A DNA stretch of 64,000 nt from Octopus sinensis (Eukaryota): positions 13,206,001 through 13,270,000 of the forward strand of contig NC_043005.1 in assembly GCF_006345805.1 (NCBI RefSeq), written 5' to 3'. Positions 49,467 to 64,000 of the stretch are shown in pieces. The first letter of the stretch is position 1; every line of letters begins with the position of its first letter. Below the pieces are notes generated by a model, which was given only the letters and a program-made list of their open reading frames with translations, did not search any database and was not told the DNA's origin. The translations under genes and the position numbers were made by a program.

Positions 49467-50202
49467 ATATCTATACCGGAGTAAGCACATAAATGTGAAA
49501 CGAGGTGGAAAAATTATTATATTATATATATCTTGATAATATATATAAATTAGAGGAAAGAAACACTATTATTGCAATTCAAACAATGATAGAGATAATC
49601 TAAATCATGAATAAGAAATAAAATTTATTTTTAATAAAACACATAAACTATATATCACAATAAGTAAAAAATCGTTTGTTTTTTCTCTAATTTTTATATT
49701 ATATATTTATATTGGGAAATTTGATTTAATACTAATGGAATTTTTCGCTGTAAGTTTGGAGTTAAGCTCCCTAAAATTATTATTATATATGCATACACAC
49801 ACACACACACCACACACTTCTTGATACAAACGGTAAGATAACAAAAGAAGAAGATACCTCGATATTATGTAAATAGAGGAATTCATCTGTAAATGTAATA
49901 TGTGACAATTATTCGGTAGCCATGACAAAACTCCGAGTTTCGGATGCCGAGGGGAAATCCACACCGCCACCCATCTGTTAGTTATCCGGCCATCGGAAAA
50001 ACGCTATATATTGTCACATATTACATTTACAGATATATATATATATATAGTATATAATATAATATATATATATATATATATATTATATATTCTATATATA
50101 TTAGTTAACCAACCCACAAGAAAACACAAAAAAACACAGCCAACGTGAGGACTTGGAACAAATAAGTATTATTGGACGCTCAGGAAGAAGTGGAAAAGGA
50201 GG

Positions 50203-50236
50203 GTTTAACGTTTCGAGCGGAGCTCTTCGTCGGAAC
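50203..50236 (-). ncRNA. Minimal hammerhead variant in a Penelope-like fragment (~50102-50250)
   Basis: Same family as 61117-61151. Confidence 0.6.
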
Positions 50237-50750
50237 AAAGAAAGGAAAGATCCTATATATTATATTAATATATATATATTATATATAGATATATATATTT
50301 ATATTATAATATCATATTATATATATATAACACTATTTTAGAAGATTCTATTCATTTAATATATCCCAATGTTTCGTCTTTTTTTATATATTTTATCGAC
50401 CGAGGGCGGGACCAAGGCAAAATGACCACGATAGATCTTGAACTTGATGCTAGGTTCACACTATGTTGCTGGGATGCGTTGTTGTTGTTGTTGTTGTTGT
50501 GATGGTTGTTGGTTAATTTACGGAAGCTGCGTTTTATGATAACAACACCAAGTAGACATTTAAACATGATTTGTTAACGTTGCACAAGTCATACGAATTG
50601 CCAAAAAAGCCATGTATGAAGTCAACAAGATGATAGAAATATAATGCAACATGTAGAGTAGCTGGATATCAATATCTACCACTGGGGCATATGCACAAGG
50701 AATGTATGTGTGTGTGTGTGTGGTGGTGTGTGTGTGTATGTATATATATA

Positions 50751-51249
50751 CTAGCAATATTGCCCGGCTTTGCAAAATGGTCCACTTTAATTCAAAGCGT
50801 TAAAATGTTATGAAAACAATTGGTATGTGTTCACAAAGTCCAAACGAGTAATACGAAAAAGCCCTCCAGGCTACATCCCGAAAATTATTTCTTGCCGAAT
50901 TCTACAATGTTTACGGCGGTTTCGTTTCTTATCTGATTTTTTCATTTTTCATGCAATTATGCATGCTTGCACGCGTGGTGAACACAGTTCACGTCAAACA
51001 GCTGACTGAGTTAAGTTCACTATTCAGTGCATGGGGATAAGGCCTAAACAAACACATTATCGATTTTTGCACTTGCGAGATGAATTTCGGAACAGAATAG
51101 CGCAGTTCAATTTCATTCGCCTAAACTTAAGTGACCCATTTTCTGGTGGTTCTACGATTTGTTGCTAGGAGGAGATGTGCCGGGAAGTTAAACACACAGA
51201 CACACACACAGTACATAACAGACACACAAGTTGAGTTTATATATATAGA
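50751..51249 (-). mobile_element. Non-autonomous Helitron family 2
   Basis: Minus strand TCTATATATATAAA...GCAAAGCCGGGCAATATTGCTAG between A and T. Confidence 0.7.
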
Positions 51250-51260
51250 TACATATATAT

Positions 51261-51725
51261 ACGCAGGAGTAGCTGTGTGGTAAGTAGCTTGCTTAATAAC
51301 CACATGGTTCCGGGCTCATTCCCCCACTGCGTGGCACCTTGGGCAAGTGTCTTCTACTATAGCTTCGGGGCCGACCAAAGCCTTGTGAGTGGATTTTGTA
51401 GACGGAAACTGAAAGAAGCCCGTCGTATATATTATATATATATAATATATATATATATATATAATATAGATTGTATGTATGATGTAGATGTATGAGAGTG
51501 TTATGTTTGTGTGTCTGTTTTTCCCCCCCCCCCCAAATCCGCTTGACAACATATGGTGGTGTGTTTACGTCCCTAAACTTAGCAGTTCGGTAAAAGAGAA
51601 CGATAGAATAAGTACTAGGCTTGCAAAGAATAAGTCCTGGGGTCGATTTTGGTCGATTAAAGGCGGTGCTCCAGCATGGCCGCAGTCAAATGACTGAAAC
51701 AAGTAAAAGAGAAAAGCGAATAAAA
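51261..51725 (+). mobile_element. SINE family A, full length
   Basis: Matches family A. Confidence 0.9.
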
Positions 51726-52062
51726 GAGAGAATACATATAATATACTTATATATACATGTGCTGCATCGGGTTAAGCATTCAGTCGTTATAACGTCTATG
51801 AAGAGTCCTGTGTTTCGGACCGTCAAAAAGGACTGTATAACTCTTATAGAGAAATATTCTAGGATCTTCCAGTTAATCTTTCACGTAATGCCTGTGTTCT
51901 GCTTCATGAATAACTAGGCTGTACGTATGATGAAGCCGTTGTGATGTCGTGCTTGAAAGCTGCAACAAAGCAACGCAGGATCGAGTCCTGCTACCAGCTC
52001 AAACTCTATAGGTATACAGCTAAATACAGCGAGGAACTTCGTCCGACACTCTGACGACTCTG

Positions 52063-52320
52063 TCACTCACTCACTCGCTCACTCACTCACTCACTCTCTC
52101 ACACACTCATTCATTCACTCACTCACTCACTCACTCACTCACTCACACACTCACTCACTCACTCACTCACTTCACTCACTCACTCACTCACTCACTCACT
52201 CACTCACTCATTCACTCACTCTCTCACACACTCACTCACTCACTCACTCACTCACTCACTCACTCACATACTCTCTCACACATTCACTCACTCACTCACT
52301 CACTCACTCAATCAATCAAT
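52063..52320. repeat. (TCAC)n microsatellite
   Basis: Directly visible. Confidence 0.97.
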
Positions 52321-53829
52321 TACGACAGTCTTGGTTCAGTGTAGTAAAGATAATATCGATATAGTCTAATGGAGTTAGGGTTCCTTTCTACTCGTTTCGA
52401 AAATTCATAGGTTTAAAATGCTGCAGTGGTCTGCACACAAGGTACCTACAAAAAGATACGTGTTCAAATTTCTATTAGTAAGAGAGTATATAACTTGAAG
52501 GATCTTCATATTTTTTTAATGTACAGTACTGATAAGGTATCTTATTATGACTGAACATCTAAGGGCTCGATATGATCTACGAAACATTAAACTGTGTTTT
52601 AGACGCATGGTGATAACGATAGATACCCTATTATCGTGCCGAAAGGGAAAGTTGTGTTGGTGTTACAATTTGTGATGAAAAATGGCTTGTTGTCTAACCT
52701 ATATAAAATAACAGACCAGGATAAGTGACCCCAATAGACTTGTAAAACGGCTTTTTTTTTGTTAGATAAAGGCCTTTGACATAAGATAGTTAGCTGCTAA
52801 TGACCTTGTAATGAGTCACTTGTATTGTTTTGGCGGCTATTTCTTAATTGAGTAACAATGAAGGGATTATGGTCCTTCATTATAAGTAGAGGAGTAAGAA
52901 AAATTTTGGTGCTTCTAAAGAACGGTTTTTGTATTTGTGGTATTTGGAGAAAAATTTGCCTAGGAACCTAAAACTGCTGTTGCCTTTGGATTGGAAACTT
53001 GAAACTTGTGTGCGCGTGTGTGGATACATTAGTGGGTGTGTGTATGTGTGTATATTTGTGTGTATTTGTGTAGTGTGTGGGTGTGCGTGCATGCGTGCAC
53101 GCGCACTTGCGTGCAAGTGCATAATAAGTGTGTATGAGCGTGCGTGCATTATGTGTATTTGTGTGTATGGTTATTACTTTTCATTGAACACAAGTACACA
53201 TTAAACCACTTGCTGATGTAATTTCAATATTTCATTAATACCACCCGATTCCAGAACAAGTTTTATCTCTCAGCATCTTCTAGCTTTACAATCCTGTTTT
53301 CAATTCTTTGTTTATTAATAAATGGAATCAACTACCATTTAAAGAATATCAGATTTTATACTATTTATAGATTACCAGTTATCCTAACCGTTTAACGAAG
53401 AGAAATGTCTGCTGCTAGGTTTTTATGTAACAATATGTTTCATATGCGATTAGTATTTTCTTCCAAAAAAAATCAATATCGAATTTTTAGCGTGTAAGAT
53501 AAATGGATTTCTTAGAAAGAGAGTCTTTCAGAGTATATATCGATTAGTAAGGCTGCAGTTTGACAACACCTCACGCATCAGTGACACCATACCATTCAAC
53601 GTGTGAATTTCACGTCAGTTTTCTATTTTGCACATTAGACCAACGATATAATGAATTCCTGGCGATGCTAAAGTGCTACGCATCAATAGAAATATTTTTG
53701 CCAGCAATTAATAAAGACGTTCTATATTTTTTTTGTGATTTTTTGAATTATAGTTTTGCATAAAAAATTTCTGACACATCCTCAATTAAATATTTGTGCA
53801 TAATTTACATTTTAACAACGTATAATACC

Positions 53830-54516
53830 AGTCGGGATGCAGCAGTTTCGTGTCGGCTTACGTAGATATCTTCGGGCTGCAGCATCGCCAGAGTTTCCTT
53901 AACCGTGAGCAGGTGTGGTCACCGTTCGTCAAAACGGGTCTTTCCGCAGCTCGTCCCCTTGATGGAGCTACAGACCTGGATAAAGCGTAGACCAAGAAAG
54001 GGCATCTGGTACCTGGAGTCTCGGCAAGCGCTCACGGCCTTCTGCCAGTCGGGCAATGCGGTCGGTGGAAGTTCCACTATGAAGTTCTATAGGGAAAGAG
54101 CTACGACGTACTCGGGGAAACTCTGGACATCGGGCGGGATCAACTAATTGGTTTTTTTCGAGCCAGGGTCTACGGATAACTTCCCGAAATCTCTGGTTTG
54201 GCAGTGCTACCAGGGATCTTTGCTGGTTCGAGACAAGCTCTACAGACATGGAAGTGCTGTCAGACGGACCTGTCCAAGGTGGGCACAAGGCGATGAAACC
54301 GTCCTGCATTCGTCCAATGTCCGAGCATTACTGACTTATGGAATTTTGTCGAACAGCTGTTGTCACGTGTAGGACTGATTCGGTTAACAGCTGACCCCAT
54401 TGTGAGGATCGCCCCGCATTCTTTTGACGGGATGGAATGGCAGTTTTCCTCAACCTGGTGGCTATAGCGAAAGAGGTAGTGTGGTGGACGAGGGTGAAAA
54501 GACTGAAGACAGACAC
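53830..54516 (+). pseudogene. L1/Tx1-clade LINE ORF2 fragment (post-RT zinc-binding region)
   Basis: GC-rich island; KSLVWQCYQGSLLVRDKLYRHGSAVRRTCPRWAQGDETVLH resembles zf-RVT (W...L.VR..L...CPRC...ET..H). Confidence 0.8.
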
Positions 54517-54550
54517 TTTGTATTTATTATTCAATAGGAGGGAACATAAT

Positions 54551-55165
54551 TCTTTTCTACTCTAGGCACAAGGCCCGAAATTTTGGGGGATGGGGCCAGT
54601 GGATAAGATCGATCCCAATACGCAATTGGTACTTAATTTATCGACCCTGAAAGAATGAAAGGCAAAGTCGACCACGGCGGAATTTGAACTCAAAACGTAA
54701 AGACAGACGAATTACTGCTAAGCGTTTCGCCCGGCGTGCTAACGTTTCTTATTTCTTTATTACCCACAAGGGGCTAAACACAGAGGGGACAAACAAGAAC
54801 AGACAAACGGATTAAGGCGATTATATCAACCCCAATGCGTAACTGGTACTTAATTTATCGACCCCGAAAGGATGAAAGGCAAAGTCGACCTCGGCGGAAT
54901 TTGAACTCAGAACGTAACGGCAGACGAAATACCTATTTCTTTACTACCCACAAGGGGCTAAACACAGAGGGGACGAACAAGGACAGACAAACGGATTAAG
55001 TCGATTATATCGCCCCCAGTGCGTAACTAGTACTTAATATAATCGACCCCGAAAGGATGAAAGGCAAAGTCGACCTCGGCGGAATTTGAACTCAGAACGT
55101 AACGGTAGACGTAATACCGCTAAGCATTTCGCCCAGCGTGCTAACGTTTCTGCAAGCTCGACGCC
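54551..55165 (-). mobile_element. SINE family B trimer
   Basis: Three tandem reverse-complement bodies. Confidence 0.9.
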
Positions 55166-55859
55166 TTAAGAATGAACATAATTAAGACACCAACTGGGGT
55201 TTCGTGATCTGCATTTCATGTTCTTTAAGGCTTCTTGTTTATATTTGGTTTTGATCAAATTGAACTCGTTGTTAAATAAGAACAAGTGGAGATTAGAAGA
55301 TTAAAAGATTAGTGCTAGATGTGAAAGCTTGGGTAGTCCCACAGTTACGTTTTACTCTTTGGATTATTTAATTCCAACACACATACGCGCGCGCGTACAC
55401 ACATACACACACACACATGCACACACATGCACACACGAATATGCTTGGCTGAAGTGGCGAATTGGTACAGTCAGACTTTTGCTCCGACTGTCTTCGCTCT
55501 GAGTTCAAATTGCATTGATGACAATTTTGCCTTGTATTCCTTTCAGGGTCGATAAAAAAGTATGAATCCAAGGCTGTGGATTGGTGGAACTGTAAGAATG
55601 TCGGGCGAAATGCCTGATGACTTTTTTTTCCAGCATTTTGTGTTGATTTCGAATCTCGGCATGTCCTACTTGGGGGGTAGACTTAACTCTTCGCCTACTT
55701 TTAACACTATCACCTGACATCATGAGTACTTTTAATGGAGTCCACTCTGTTACAAAGCATTTTGGACAGGCTTCCGTTTTCAGGATACCTTCCTCCTCCT
55801 CTTTCTTCAGATTCAAAGACCCAATAACGACACGTGGGTACTGCTTTCCTTCTTGACCG

Positions 55860-56092
55860 GTAGTCCGTCTTTAACGATGGCGAGGTTTCCAGTTGATCCA
55901 ATCAAGTGGGAATAACCAGCTCGTAAAATAAACATATACGTGGCTGAGTACTCTACAGACAGATTCAGCATGGCACTGAATGTGACGTGAAACAAAGTGT
56001 TTTGCTCAAGAACACAGCGCATCGCCGGGTATCGAACCCACGACCTTAAGTTCGTGAGACAAATGCCTCTAACCTCTAATCCACACGCCTTC
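55860..56092 (-). mobile_element. SINE family C-related copy (diverged)
   Basis: Minus-strand tRNA head and partial body. Confidence 0.7.
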
Positions 56093-58160
56093 ACCTTCTT
56101 CACTTAAAGATGGCAAACTCACAGGTACATATGTGTGTGTGCTTATATAGTATATATATTATATATATATATATATATACACATATTGTTTTATTTAGTT
56201 ATAATATATTGTTTTAATTAATATATATATAATTATATATACTAATATATATAATATATATATATTACGTATTGTTTTATATATATATATATATATATAG
56301 TCTATCGACTATTTGTTCCTTCTCGCTAGTCCACTGGTAAGTAAGAATTTTTTCGATAAATATTCTTGCTACCCTAAGATTTTAATTTATACTCATACAC
56401 ACACACACATACACACTACACACACACACATATATATTGTTTACTTGTTTATATATATATATATATATAATAATATATATATATATATATGCATTCACGT
56501 ACACACGTTCAAGTAGCCAGTAGGGCGGCATCAAACGAAGGCTAAAACACTGTGAAGCGCAATGTGACCAGCGATGTATAACAACATCCGACGATCTGAT
56601 CAATACTGTGTATTGTATATACATGTATGTATATACACACACGCATTCATACTTTGATGCGTGCCATCGTCTGTGCGTATCTGTGTGTGTATGTGTGTGT
56701 GTGTGTGTGTGTGCATGTGTGTGTTATCAAAACAGTGTGTGTTATGAAGAAAAGCAGATGTACGGAGTCACAGCCATGCTTTCAATAAATCTATGTTTAG
56801 TATTTTAATAAATCTATGCTTGGTATTTTAATAAATCTATGCTTAGTATTTTTGTGAAACCACTCCCTGTAGTGTTAAATACACTCTTCTTTCAAAGCTA
56901 TATTATGTATATGCTTATGAAATAGAGAACTTCGTACATTCATACACACGTTATGATATATTAGGTGAATGAAATTATGCTTCTGTGACTAGAAGATTCA
57001 TGCTAAATAGAGCATTTTTAACTTCAGAAATAAAAAGGAATAACTATGCCCATTCAATTAGAACTGTAATAGAAAGATAGTTCTCTATTCTGCTAAAGTG
57101 TTATTAATATTAGGTTTCCAAAGCAGGCACATGCCCACAGGCTTAGAGAAGGAGGTTAGTCAATTATATCGGCGTCAAGACATGGTGGGTGACTTTACTT
57201 TATCGACCTCGAAATGGTGGAGCGTATAATTGACCTGGGGGAGAGGTGGGATTTAGATTCAGAATATACAAAGCTGGAAACAACTATTGGGGCTCAAATT
57301 TTGGGACATGATCAGCAAGTTAGAGGGAGTGGTTAAGCCATTACATCGACCCCAGTGCGTCACTGGTACTTATTTTACCGACCCCGAAAAGATGAAAGAC
57401 AAAGTCGACCTCAGCAGAATTTGAATTCAGAAGGTTAAGACTGGCGAAGCCGGGACGAATTTTGCGAGGTGTTTTCACGATGGGGTAACAAACATACGGG
57501 CCACGATTCTATTTATTCTGGCTTCCGGTTCAATTTTATAAAACGAAAAATTATTATTGCTCTTTAATTTTGAAATATTCTGTAAAATATATTTTGTTAG
57601 TATAAGTTCAGTGCTGGAACCCCAATTAGAGTAGTTGTTATTACCGGTTGGGACTGCAATTGGGAAATCTGTTATCTCAAACAATGTGAAAGAAAGTTAT
57701 GATTGCATATATTAACATAAATGATCTATTTCCCCTTCATTTTATCTATACACACCGAACCAACGTTTTGCTTTTTTTGTTTTGGTCTGAAAGAAGTGGA
57801 TGTGTCCAAGGTATTCCAAAGCACTTTTTAACATTACATTGCTATTATTAATTGAGTTTAAAGTGGTGGACTGATAGATACCTAAGAGCAGGAGTATCTT
57901 AAAAGCTTAGATTTAAAGGCCAGGTGGAAGCATAAACTAAAATTTACGGCTCAAACAAATATTCCTAAAAACCTTATCCATAATGTAGGCCGAAGTAGTG
58001 TTCGGTAAAAATACTGACTGAGGCACCCCTTTTTACATTCTCTCTCTCTCTCTCTCTCTCTCTCAACACACACCACATACACATGATGGGCTCTTTCGTC
58101 GAAGGCGACTGATGAGCGTTCAAATTTTGCCGAATGAGCTGCACAAATGATTTGTTTATG

Positions 58161-58541
58161 TGGAAGCACTCCGTCGGTTACGACGACGAGGGTTCCGGTT
58201 GATCCGAATCAACAGAACAGCCTGCTCGTGAAATTAACGTGTAAATGGCTGAGCACTCCATAGCCACGTGTACCCTTAACGTAGTTCTCGGGAATATTCA
58301 GCGTGTCACAGAGAGTGACAAGACCGGCTCCTTGAATACAGGTACAACAGAAACAGGAAGTAAGAGTGAGAGAAAGTGGGTGAAAGAGTACAGCAGGGAT
58401 CACCACCATCCCCTGCCGGAGCCTCGTGGAGCTTTTAGGTGTTTTCGCTCAATAAACACTCACAACGCCCGTCTGGGAATCGAAACCGCGATCCTATGAC
58501 CGCGAGTCCGCTGCCCTAACCACCGGGCCATTGCGCCTCCA
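58161..58541 (-). mobile_element. SINE family C, full length
   Basis: Reverse complement of 24961-25340; flanking repeat GATTTGTTTAT. Confidence 0.92.
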
Positions 58542-58929
58542 CGATTTGTTTATAGTGATAAAATGTATGTGCTGTTGATTAACTCACTTCTTTTCATCAA
58601 ATGTTACCTGAACAGGTGCACGGTTTACCACACGTCAGGTGTTGAAATGATCTCAGTGGCAACGCGAGATGAATTGCTTTGCTCAAGAACACAACACACC
58701 ACCTAGCCTAGGTATGGAAACCGCGATCTTGTGATCATGAGTGCAACAACCTAACAACTAGGCCACGCTTATTGTATATATATACACGCACGCACACACA
58801 AAATGATAAGAGAATTTAAGCACTATTCTATCTCATTTTCTGAGGAAAATTCAGACATTTCTATGTCTTTATATAAATAATAAATGAAAAATATCTCCCT
58901 TACTTCCTAGTTCTCATAAATTTTTCTAT

Positions 58930-59030
58930 GGCTATCTATCTATCTATCTATCCATCTATCCATCCATCCATCCATCCATCCATCCATCCGTCCGTCCGTC
59001 CGTCTGTCTGTCTATCTATCCGTCCGTCCG

Positions 59031-59085
<55 letters not shown>

Positions 59086-59086
59086 G

Positions 59087-59126
<40 letters not shown>

Positions 59127-59212
59127 CCTATCTACCTGTCTGTCTGTCTCTGTCTCTGTCTCTCTCTCCCCCCTTCTCTCTCTTCTCTCTCTCTCTCCTC
59201 CTCCTCTCTCTC

Positions 59213-59254
<42 letters not shown>

Positions 59255-59256
59255 AT

Positions 59257-59289
<33 letters not shown>

Positions 59290-59300
59290 TATATATATCA
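58930..59300. repeat. Compound (TATC)/(TCCA)/(TC)/(TA) microsatellite
   Basis: Directly visible. Confidence 0.95.
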
Positions 59301-59908
59301 TCACACATGCACATATGTGTGTGAGTGTTTGCTACTTGAAAATTGTGATTTCGATTTTCAAATAGACTAGATGAGTTTAGTACTATTTCACTATCATATC
59401 TCGACCGAGATCTGATAAGTGTTTAATACAACAACTCATCAGTAGAACCGAAAAATCGAAGAGCAAAATATTAGCTTCCATTAATTCGAGTTTTGCAAGC
59501 CATCACTAGATTCCGGATTGAAGGAAGTTTACTTAGGTCAATAATAGATTTCAGACGATACAGCCATTATATGGAATAATTCCTCTCTCGTATTAATTTG
59601 TGAAACCAATTTTCAATTTATATGCTCCAGCTCGCTTTCTTTTATACATACACTTTAACGGGAGTTTTCTTCGTTACTTACAGAAGTATCTCTCTGCTGG
59701 AACGTTGTTCTTATTTATTTTATAAATGTAGAAATGGCTCCTAGATGGAACAGATCATTTATTACTTCAGTGACACAGTGCAGCATCCGAATAAATATAT
59801 GAAAAAACAAATCTTTCGGTTAGTAGTCCAGACATTTTTTAATTGAGTCATAATAACAAACAAATTGAAAAGAACATAAACTTATCATTCCGATATAATA
59901 ATAGTGAA

Positions 59909-60315
59909 CCAGGAGTGGCTGTGTGGTAAGTAGTTTGCTTACCAACCACATGGTTCCGGGTTCAGTCCCACTGCGTGGCACCTTGGGCAAATGTCTTCTA
60001 CTATAGCCTCGGGCCGACCAAAGCCTTGTGAATGGATTTGGTAGACGGAAACTGAAAGAAGCCCGTCGTATATATGTATATATATATATATATATATGCG
60101 TGTGTGTGTTTGTGTGTCTGTGTTTGTCCCCCTAGCATTGACGATGCTGGTGTGTATATGTTGCCGTTACTTAGCGGTTCGGTAAAAGAGACCGATAGAA
60201 TAGGTACTGGGCTTACAAAAAAAGAATAAGTCCCGGGGTCGAGTTGCTCGATTAAAGGCGGTGCTCCAGCATGGCCGCAGTCAAATGACTGAAACAAGTA
60301 GAAGAGTAAAAGAGT
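59909..60315 (+). mobile_element. SINE family A
   Basis: Matches family A. Confidence 0.92.
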
Positions 60316-61116
60316 ATACATTACAGAATTTTGAAATTATTAATGTAGAGTCAAAATATCTAGAAAAAAAAAAAAAAAGAAAAGCTAAAAACAAGGGAGA
60401 TAAATGTTCACAGACACTACCATCAGCCATATTGTGAATGGAATATATTTGAAGTGGTTTAACGTAGTTAAAGTATATTTATTGCTGTCTGCACTGTTAC
60501 AAAACCACGGTTGAGCTAATCAATCGTTATATTATAAATTGCATCAGCAATAAACTCAAACTACATTTTATTGCTGTCTGCCAGACATAATTGTGTTACT
60601 TAGGTTTCAGCTAATGCCAGTTTCGATGTTTTTTTTTAAATTTTTATTTTCATGTTTTTTAGTTTCAATATATATTATTTTGAAAACATTTTGCTTTTCC
60701 ATTCGTGTTAATTGATTATTGGTCTACTTCTGTTATAGGAAGCTTTATGTGGCTGACGTGATATTAGAATCAGACAGACTATAAGTCGAAGGGTCGGTCA
60801 GCGATTGTTATCATCTTATTGGCACAAAAATCCTCGAAAGATGGCGGATTGGCAGAATCATGAGAATGATGCAGAAAATATTGGCAGTGCCAGGTTACGA
60901 TTCGTAACATTCTGAGTTCATATCACGTCGAGGTCAACAGTTTATTTCATCCCTTTGTGAAGCCAATATCATAAAGTAGTAGTCAACACTGGGAATATAT
61001 GTATATGTATATATATATACATTTTTTCCTTCCGGTCTTTCAAAATGTGACCTCGTGTGTACCGTTGGCGATTTTTTTCCTCTGTCTTCCATTCTCTGGA
61101 TCTTTCCTTCTCCTCT

Positions 61117-61151
61117 GTTTCCGACGAAGAGCTCCGCTCGAAACGTTAAAC
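61117..61151 (+). ncRNA. Minimal hammerhead variant in a Penelope-like fragment (~61040-61250)
   Basis: GTTT-CCGACGA-aGAGC(TCC)GCTC-GAAA-CGTT-AAAC; the element ends at (TA)n. Confidence 0.65.
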
Positions 61152-61245
61152 CCTCCTTCTTCCCTTCTTTCCTGAGCGTCCAATAATACTATATTTGTTC
61201 CACGTCCTCGCGTTGTTGTGTTTTTTTGTGTTTTCTTGTTTGGAT

Positions 61246-61323
<78 letters not shown>

Positions 61324-61526
61324 TGTATATAGATAGATTGATAGAGAGAAAGTTTACTGTTCCGTTAAGTTGAGATCAACAACTAAAATACTCCATCCAG
61401 TGAGAGGTAAATCTCGCGTACATTAAATCAAACACACACACACACACTCACACACACACACACACACACCACACACCACACACACACACACACACACCAC
61501 ACACACACACCACACATGTATATATA

Positions 61527-61720
61527 CAGGGTGTGACAGAAAGGGTGCCCCGATTTCAAAGATTAATTAAAAACAAACATCTACGAAGTTCATTAATTGC
61601 CTTTTTTTGTTTCATGTAGTACCCACCATAGTCTGGAGTGGAGAGCACCGTTTTTTCTTGTATCTTTACGTATTCGTTTTTTATTAATCTTTGAAATCGC
61701 GGCAACCTTTCTGCCGCATA
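61527..61720. mobile_element. Tc1/mariner-type MITE
   Basis: TA|CAGGGTG start and ~50-bp imperfect TIRs (GAAAGG.TGCC.CGATTTCAAAGATTAAT). Confidence 0.65.
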
Positions 61721-61760
61721 CATCCCTAGTTGTAAATGGATTATATTAGAAGAAAGATTA

Positions 61761-62310
61761 GGCGGCGAGCTGGTAGAATCGTTGCAGTATTTCGTCCGCC
61801 GCTGAGTTCAAATTCCACCGAGGTCGACTTTGCCTTTCATCCTTCGGGGTCGATAAATTAAGTACCAGTTACGCACTGGGGTTGATATAATCGACTTAAT
61901 CCGTTTGTCTGTCCTTGTTTGTCATCTCTGTGTTTAGCCCTTTGTGAGTAGTAAAGAAATAGGTATTTCGTCTGCCGTTACGTTCTGAGTTCAAATTCTG
62001 CCGAGGTCGACTTTGCCTTTCATCTTTTCGGGGTCGATAAATTAAGTACCAGTTACGCACTGGGGTTGATATAATCGACTTAATCCGTTTGTCTGTCCTT
62101 GTTTGTCATCTCTGTGTTTAGCCCTTTGTGAGTAGTAAAGAAATAGGTATTTCGTCTGCCGTTACGTTCTGAGTTCAAATTCTGCCGAGGTCGACTTTGC
62201 CTTTCATCCTTTCGGGGTCGATAAATTAAGCACCAGTGAAACACCGGGGTCGATATAATCGACTAGTCCCCTCCCACCAAGATTCAGGCTTTGTGCTTTT
62301 AGTAGAAAAT
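61761..62310 (+). mobile_element. SINE family B trimer
   Basis: Three tandem bodies joined at AAATAGGTATTTCG. Confidence 0.92.
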
Positions 62311-62641
62311 ATTATATTATAAGAAAAGAAATGTTCTTTTCTACCATAGTGCCAATAAATTCTACAGGATAATGCAATTTCAAAAGTGGAAGAATTCTAG
62401 AAAACTGTAAAAAAAGCAAACAAAAGCGCTGTGAAACCAGTCAATGCTTCGTTAACTTAGCGTGCTGAGTTCAATGTTTCATGTAAGCACGGACTGGAAA
62501 AGGATCAGCAATGCTCAGTTGATTTGCCCAAGATACACTTCTCGAAGAAGTCATTAGCTTGGCTTACATAATCGAAAAGTGTTACGCATCGCACCTTCGC
62601 CTCTCAATAGTTTCCGTTGCTTTTAAAGTACATAATCTTAA

Positions 62642-63024
62642 GTGGAGGCGCAATGGCCCAGTGGTTAGGGCAGCGGACTCGCGGTCATAGGATCGCGGTT
62701 TCGATTCCCAGACCGGGCGTTGTGAGTGTTTATTGAGCGAAAACACCTAAAGCTCCACGAGGCTCCGGCAGGGATAGTGGTGATCCCTGCTGTACTCTTC
62801 CACCAAAACCTTCTCTCACTCTTACTTCCTGTTTCTGTTGTACCTGTATTTCAAAGGGCCGGCCTTGTCACTCTCTGTGTCACGCTGAATATCCCCGAGA
62901 ACTACGTTAAGGGTACGCGTGTCTGTGGAGTGCTCAGCCACTTACACGTTAATTTCACGAGCAGGGTGTTCTGTTGATTCGGATCAACCGGAATTCTCGT
63001 CGTCGTAACCGACGGAGTGCTTCC
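62642..63024 (+). mobile_element. SINE family C, full length
   Basis: 12-bp TSD ACATAATCTTAA. Confidence 0.93.
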
Positions 63025-63452
63025 ACATAATCTTAAATATAATCCTCTAATTTTTCATCCCTTCCATAAAATTCTCCTTCATCTTCATCACTTCTCTCCT
63101 CTTTTCCTCCTTATCTCATCCTCTCTCAACTATTCATGCTCACTCCTTACTCTTCTTCCCCTCATTTTCACCCAGAGCTATCCTCCTACTCGTATATCCT
63201 CGTCTTCCCTCATTTTCCCTCTTTCCAGTTTCTCACTCAACTGATCATCTTCCTCACCCTCTCACTCCTAACGTCCTTTTTCGTAATAACCCCTTATTTT
63301 TATCTTTGAGTAATTTTTAAAAAAAATTTCAAGAAAATTGGTGGCTACACAATAATCGTTTCCAACATCAAGCAGTAAGCTGCTCCTCGAGTGTTTGCTA
63401 TTACATACATACAGAAAATTACCACCAGAATCTCAGGGATAGGTACCTTATA

Positions 63453-63937
<485 letters not shown>

Positions 63938-64000
63938 CCAGTCTTCCTTTAGTAATCCTGTTCTTTTAGATCGATGTATAGAATTATGTATATATGTAAG

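Noticed and set aside
49885-50034. Additional hammerhead on the minus strand (CCGATGG-CCGGAT...ATCC-GAAAC)
   Set aside because: The core is altered and stem I cannot be formed convincingly; only the 25-bp flanking inverted repeat is solid.

Overview
AT-rich eukaryotic, repeat-saturated intronic/intergenic DNA, most likely from an octopus (coleoid cephalopod). That assignment is inferred from recognising the SINE families and the dense AT/AC/GATA microsatellites, not from a database search. No intact protein-coding gene can be supported, and nearly all listed ORFs are translations of microsatellites or SINEs. Contents: roughly 40 copies or fragments of several tRNA-derived SINE families; dead DNA transposons (two mariners, a pogo/Tigger-like element, a Tc1 deletion derivative, piggyBac-, Merlin- and Tigger-like MITEs); at least seven non-autonomous Helitrons plus a Helentron/HINE; and LINE remnants (HERO-like, RTE, CR1, L1/Tx1). 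The most striking hidden signal is about a dozen minimal type I hammerhead-ribozyme motifs from several unrelated non-coding Penelope-like families, often in inverted-repeat arrangements beside (TA)n. One family joins a tRNA-type Pol III head, an AAT microsatellite and a hammerhead, and was inserted as a head-to-head dimer with a 12-bp target-site duplication (3096-3569). More speculatively, a minus-strand candidate exon at 33777-34036 has tandem in-frame TGA codons followed by a SECIS-like hairpin.
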